Virus record (IMG/VR): IMGVR_UViG_3300020045_001314
Coordinates: 1 to 49,674 of that record
Origin: a virus
Lineage: Duplodnaviria; Caudoviricetes
Strand: one strand, 5' to 3'
Length of the DNA: 49,674 nt
Shown: positions 45,878 to 49,674 of the stretch, one piece after another
Position numbering within the stretch: position 1 is the stretch's first letter
How the letters are laid out: every line of letters starts with the position of its first letter
The notes under the pieces: model-generated
The model's input: only the letters and a program-made list of their open reading frames with translations
Told to the model about the DNA's origin: nothing
Databases searched by the model: none
Translations under genes and position numbers: made by a program

Positions 45878-46252
45878 TTATGCTTTCTTCCAGTAATGAC
45901 CAGCATAGCTTGACTGCTCACCGCGAAGGCATTTGCGGATTGATCCTTGGCAGAATCCTCCGCGCAGGTCGGCGTCTGTTAATGACTCAAACTTATGCTC
46001 TGTGCTAGTTGCGATGTCTTTAGCAACAACTGGCGTCCGGTGATAAAACGCCTTCTTTATCTCAGTTACGCGAATGCGCACTCGATGACCATCCATGCAC
46101 TCTGTTGACTCGTATCTATCTGCTTTGCGAATGGTTCGCACTGTGTATTTTGCCTCTTCTGCTGAGATTCCAAAATGCTCGGCAATCTCCGCGCCTGTAG
46201 CGCCATTTGGTCGGCGGCAAAACTCCGCGACTTGCTGTGTTAGTGATTTCAT
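45878..46252 (-). CDS. DNA-binding protein: N-terminal HTH plus NUMOD1-like domain
   Basis: ATGAEIAEHFGIS; FESLTDA...GSIRKCLRG....AGHYWK. Confidence 0.7.
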   Translation of the reverse strand: MKSLTQQVAEFCRRPNGATGAEIAEHFGISAEEAKYTVRTIRKADRYESTECMDGHRVRIRVTEIKKAFYHRTPVVAKDIATSTEHKFESLTDADLRGGFCQGSIRKCLRGEQSSYAGHYWKKA

Positions 46253-46282
46253 TTGCTATCCTCTCTTGTTGTTGATGTGCTG

Positions 46283-46333
46283 ACTATAGCCGCACGAAAA
46301 AAGACTTGCAATAGTTTTGTGATGTAGTAGATT
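46283..46333. promoter_or_regulatory. Divergent promoters sharing a palindromic TTGCAA -35 (46306-46311)
   Basis: Minus TTGCAA-N17-TATAGT; plus TTGCAA-N16-TAGATT. Confidence 0.55.
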
Positions 46334-46370
46334 TACTGGGTGCCGCATGGTGTGGCGAAGGAGCGATGAT

Positions 46371-46592
46371 ATGAGCGAATTGGTTAAGGTTAGATTGCTG
46401 AATAATGGCGGATTTGGCACCAAAAAAGGAGCCAAGTTTCCAGTTGTTGTAAATGGCGAGAAGAAGTGCGGCGGAAAAGGCGTGGTTATCTTACACAAGG
46501 AAATAAAGCATCTTATTTCAGCCGGAGGAGTTGATGATGATTATGGTTGGAATTTCTTTATCGGGTTAGAATGCGAGATTATCAATGACTAA
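46371..46592 (+). CDS. Hypothetical protein (VKVRLLNNGG)
   Basis: AAGGAG RBS before ATG 46371. Confidence 0.7.
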   Translation: MSELVKVRLLNNGGFGTKKGAKFPVVVNGEKKCGGKGVVILHKEIKHLISAGGVDDDYGWNFFIGLECEIIND

Positions 46593-46733
46593 AAAACAAT
46601 GCGATTACTGCGGCGAGTGGTTCGAATACGACGAAACAAAGCGGAGAGGGCCTGAGCGCCGTTACTGTAACAAAGACGGGAAACACAATTGCGCCGTGAA
46701 GGCGTGTAGAGCGAAGAAGAAGGAGCAAGTGAA

Positions 46734-47264
46734 ATGACTAGACAGGAAAAACTGGAATGGCTGGCGAGGAATGTTCATGAGTGGCCGAGTGGTATTGACA
46801 CTGTCGCGCCAAATCTTGGTGAAACCGGAAAGTCAGACAAGTTTACAAGACTGGAATGGCTATCCATGCGCGAGAAGCTGCAGAATAAGCCAGAACTTGA
46901 CAACTCATGGCATGAACGCGGTGAGTTTCCAGGTATCGGCTCAACCGTTACGGTTGACAACAGTTACGACACGCACGACATCGGCGGAGACCCAGCCGAC
47001 TGCATTGGTGCAGAATGCGTTGTTATGGCAACATTCGAGCGAGACAACGGAAATAGCAAAGAAAAAATTGTTTGCGTAATGGAGCCTCGAGGAGGCTGCT
47101 ACTGCTTCAAGCTTCACATGATCCGCCCACTCCGCACCGAGCGAGAAAAGGCGATTGATGAGATGAAGCAATATTGCGCGTATCCAGGAAGCTGGTTTAA
47201 CACATACAAGCCATTTGCCGAGGCGCTGTATGATGCCGGACTTATCAAGGAGCAAGCCAAATGA
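46734..47264 (+). CDS. Hypothetical protein
   Basis: AAGGAG RBS; WHERGEFP..G and IRPLRTEREKAI motifs common in phage proteins. Confidence 0.7.
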   Translation: MTRQEKLEWLARNVHEWPSGIDTVAPNLGETGKSDKFTRLEWLSMREKLQNKPELDNSWHERGEFPGIGSTVTVDNSYDTHDIGGDPADCIGAECVVMATFERDNGNSKEKIVCVMEPRGGCYCFKLHMIRPLRTEREKAIDEMKQYCAYPGSWFNTYKPFAEALYDAGLIKEQAK

Positions 47265-47689
47265 TCCAACTAAAAACAAAGCGCCTTACACCAACCGCCA
47301 AGCTGCCAACGTATGCCCATGATGGAGATGCGTGTTTTGACATTTACGCAGATGAAGTGCAACCGAAAGCACATGGAGCTGTGCGCATCTCTACTGGTCT
47401 GTCATTCGACATTCCAGAAGGATACGCGCTGATGGTATACAGCAGAAGCGGTCACGGATTCAATCATCATGTACGCCTGTCTAATTGCGTTGGTGTGATT
47501 GACTCAGGATACAAAGGCGAGTTGATAGTTAGCTTGCGATTTGATTCCTCGCAAACATACCATCCGCAGCGCGGAGACCGAATCGCCCAAGCAATGCTGA
47601 TTCCAGTGCCTAAAGTTGAGATTGTAGAAGTGGATGATATTGGCGACAGCAAGCGTGGTGAAGGCGGATTTGGGAGCTCTGGCGTATGA
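47261..47689 (+). CDS. dut: Trimeric dUTPase
   Basis: ACFDI, SRSG, GVIDSGYKGE, RIAQ, RGEGGFGSSG. Confidence 0.96.
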   Translation: MIQLKTKRLTPTAKLPTYAHDGDACFDIYADEVQPKAHGAVRISTGLSFDIPEGYALMVYSRSGHGFNHHVRLSNCVGVIDSGYKGELIVSLRFDSSQTYHPQRGDRIAQAMLIPVPKVEIVEVDDIGDSKRGEGGFGSSGV

Positions 47690-48873
47690 CCACAAAAAAC
47701 TGGCAAACCGAAATCACCGGCGAGCTGTTATCGTTCGCAAACGAATCACAGGCGGCCAAGCTGGTCGCCATTCGTGAATGCGGAACTATGAAGCTTGCAG
47801 CGTCAAAACTTGGCGTTAGCGAGCGCATCATTGGGCGCACGTTAAAGCATGTTAGGGACAATGCGGCGCGGCAAGGCTACTCACCATCTCACGACATGCA
47901 CGTAACCGTTCCAGATGGCTTCCACCTTCGCGGCACGTCAACGCTGTATAAGGACGGCCATCAGGCTTTGCAATGGGTTAAAACCAGTATTGACCATGAG
48001 CGCCAGGCTGAGATGATGCGCGAAATGATCGAGGCTATGGCGGAGGATTTGCCGCGCCTGCCAGTGTCATCATTTCACGGCACCGTGCATTCTGACCTGC
48101 TGGCTGTTTACCCAATCGGTGATGCGCATATCGGGATGCTGGCATGGGGTGAAGAATCAGGCGATGACTGGGATTTGAAGATTGCAGAGGAAACATTGTG
48201 CGGCGCATTCCGGCGCTGTGTTGATGCAGCTCCACACTGTGAGAATGCGCTAATCGTCAACCTTGGCGACTGGTATCACACGGAGACGATGGACGGGGTT
48301 ACAGCTCGAAGTGGGCACCACCTGGATACTGATGGTCGCTATGCAAAGATGGTGTGGGTTGGCGTGAAAATTATCCGCTCAATGATTGATTCGGCATTGA
48401 TGCGTCACGCATCAGTGCGAGTTATCAACGTGCAAGGTAATCACGACCAAACTGCGGCGCTGCTTCTTGCTGTTGGGCTGGCAAACACTTATGAAAACGA
48501 ACCTCGAGTATCCATCGATAGAAGCCCGTCATTCTTCAACTACTTTGAGTTTGGGCGCGTGCTAATTGGCGCACACCACGGACACACCTGCAAGGCTGAT
48601 AAGTTAGGCGGCGTCATGGCCGCTGATATGCCGGAAGCATGGGGTCGCACAAAGCATCGCTACTGGCTGACTGGTCACATCCATCACGACAGCATGAAGG
48701 AGTATCCAGGTTGCACGGTTGAATCGTTTTGCACGCTAGCAGCTAAAGACGCTTATGCATCAGCAGGCGGATGGCGGTCACGGCGCAACACCAAGTGTAT
48801 CGTCATGCACCGCGATCACGGCGAGATTGAGCGGCACACGATTGATATTTCGCAACTCGGAGCAATCAAATGA
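47686..48873 (+). CDS. Calcineurin-like metallophosphoesterase with N-terminal HTH
   Basis: GDAHIG, NLGD, GNHD, HHGH, TGHIHH; AASKLGVSERII HTH. Confidence 0.88.
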   Translation: MTTKNWQTEITGELLSFANESQAAKLVAIRECGTMKLAASKLGVSERIIGRTLKHVRDNAARQGYSPSHDMHVTVPDGFHLRGTSTLYKDGHQALQWVKTSIDHERQAEMMREMIEAMAEDLPRLPVSSFHGTVHSDLLAVYPIGDAHIGMLAWGEESGDDWDLKIAEETLCGAFRRCVDAAPHCENALIVNLGDWYHTETMDGVTARSGHHLDTDGRYAKMVWVGVKIIRSMIDSALMRHASVRVINVQGNHDQTAALLLAVGLANTYENEPRVSIDRSPSFFNYFEFGRVLIGAHHGHTCKADKLGGVMAADMPEAWGRTKHRYWLTGHIHHDSMKEYPGCTVESFCTLAAKDAYASAGGWRSRRNTKCIVMHRDHGEIERHTIDISQLGAIK

Positions 48874-49352
48874 AACTACTGGTAATCGGCAGCGCTAGAC
48901 ACGGAAAGGATACGGTTTGCGAAATCATGCGCGACAAGTACGGATTGAGCTTTGCGTCTAGCTCGGAATTTGTCGCGGAGCGAGCGGTATATCCGCACAT
49001 CATGGACAAGTATGGATATACAAGCCATGCAGAGGCATATGCAGACAGGGTTAACCATCGCGAAGAGTGGCGCGATCTGATTGGCGCGTACAACTCAGAG
49101 CCGTCAACTCTTGCGCGTGAGCTGCTTGAGCATCACGACATTTATTGCGGCATGCGATCAATGCGCGAATTCGATGCAGCTCGCCATATGTTTGATGCTG
49201 TCATTTATGTTGACGCATCAGAGCGCGTAAAAATTCACGATCCAACCCTTGACATACCATCACCTGTTGCTGATTATGTAATCGACAACAACGGAACACT
49301 TGAGCAACTTGAAATCAATATTGATGAGGTAATGCAATGTCTAAAAATGTAG
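48870..49352 (+). CDS. Deoxynucleoside monophosphate kinase-like P-loop protein
   Basis: IGSARHGKDT; GMRSMREF; ADYVIDNNGTLEQL. Confidence 0.8.
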   Translation: MKLLVIGSARHGKDTVCEIMRDKYGLSFASSSEFVAERAVYPHIMDKYGYTSHAEAYADRVNHREEWRDLIGAYNSEPSTLARELLEHHDIYCGMRSMREFDAARHMFDAVIYVDASERVKIHDPTLDIPSPVADYVIDNNGTLEQLEINIDEVMQCLKM

Positions 49353-49674
49353 TGGTTTTTGATTTGGATGGAACCCTGTCAGATGGGCGTCACAGATTGC
49401 ACCTTCTACCAAAGAAAGATGATGCTGGACGAACAGAGGCATGGGATGCGTTTAATCTGGCGGCTGGTGATGATGATGTTTTCGCTGATAACATGGAGTT
49501 GATGAACGAGTTAGCGTCAAGCTGTGTATATCGTATCGTGATATTGACAGGAAGGTGTGATGTTGCGATAGATGTAACGAAGGAGTGGCTTCGCACTGCT
49601 GGCGCCTACTATGACGAGCTAATAATGCGCAAATCAGGAGACCATCGGCAAGACATCGAATTCAAAGAGGAGGA
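49337..49674 (+). CDS. HAD-family polynucleotide 3'-phosphatase, 5' part (wraps through the contig end to 257)
   Basis: MSKNVVVFDLDGTLSDGRHRLHLLP...ILTGR; missing from the ORF track because it runs off the end. Confidence 0.88.
   Translation, partial: MSKNVVVFDLDGTLSDGRHRLHLLPKKDDAGRTEAWDAFNLAAGDDDVFADNMELMNELASSCVYRIVILTGRCDVAIDVTKEWLRTAGAYYDELIMRKSGDHRQDIEFKEE
49554..49674. repeat. Terminal direct repeat (right copy)
   Basis: Identical to 1-121. Confidence 0.95.

Overview
The window is an apparently complete, circularly assembled genome of a tailed dsDNA phage of siphovirus type. It has a tape measure, tail tube and lambda-like tail tip, and no sheath. Bases 1-121 are repeated exactly at 49554-49674, so the unique length is about 49,553 bp. 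I found no integrase, DNA polymerase, methyltransferase, tRNA or CRISPR array. A SAR-type endolysin and nested Rz/Rz1 spanins indicate a Gram-negative host, probably a gammaproteobacterium (inference). All morphogenesis genes lie on the minus strand and are repeatedly interrupted by plus-strand cassettes of small genes. Back-to-back promoter pairs and bidirectional terminators mark the cassette borders. The replication module has a prim-pol/helicase, HNH, Sak4-like ATPase, Gp157, SSB-like protein, degenerate Cas4-like protein, SF2 helicase, VRR-NUC and an AT-rich iteron origin. The most notable observation is a roughly 580-nt locus without a credible ORF (43907-44489, minus strand). It has its own sigma70-like promoter and intrinsic terminator, several GNRA-capped hairpins, a long G-U-containing helix and a possible pseudoknot. 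It is a candidate large structured non-coding RNA lying directly downstream of a stand-alone RelA/SpoT-type HD hydrolase gene. All product calls come from motif recognition by eye; no searches were run.
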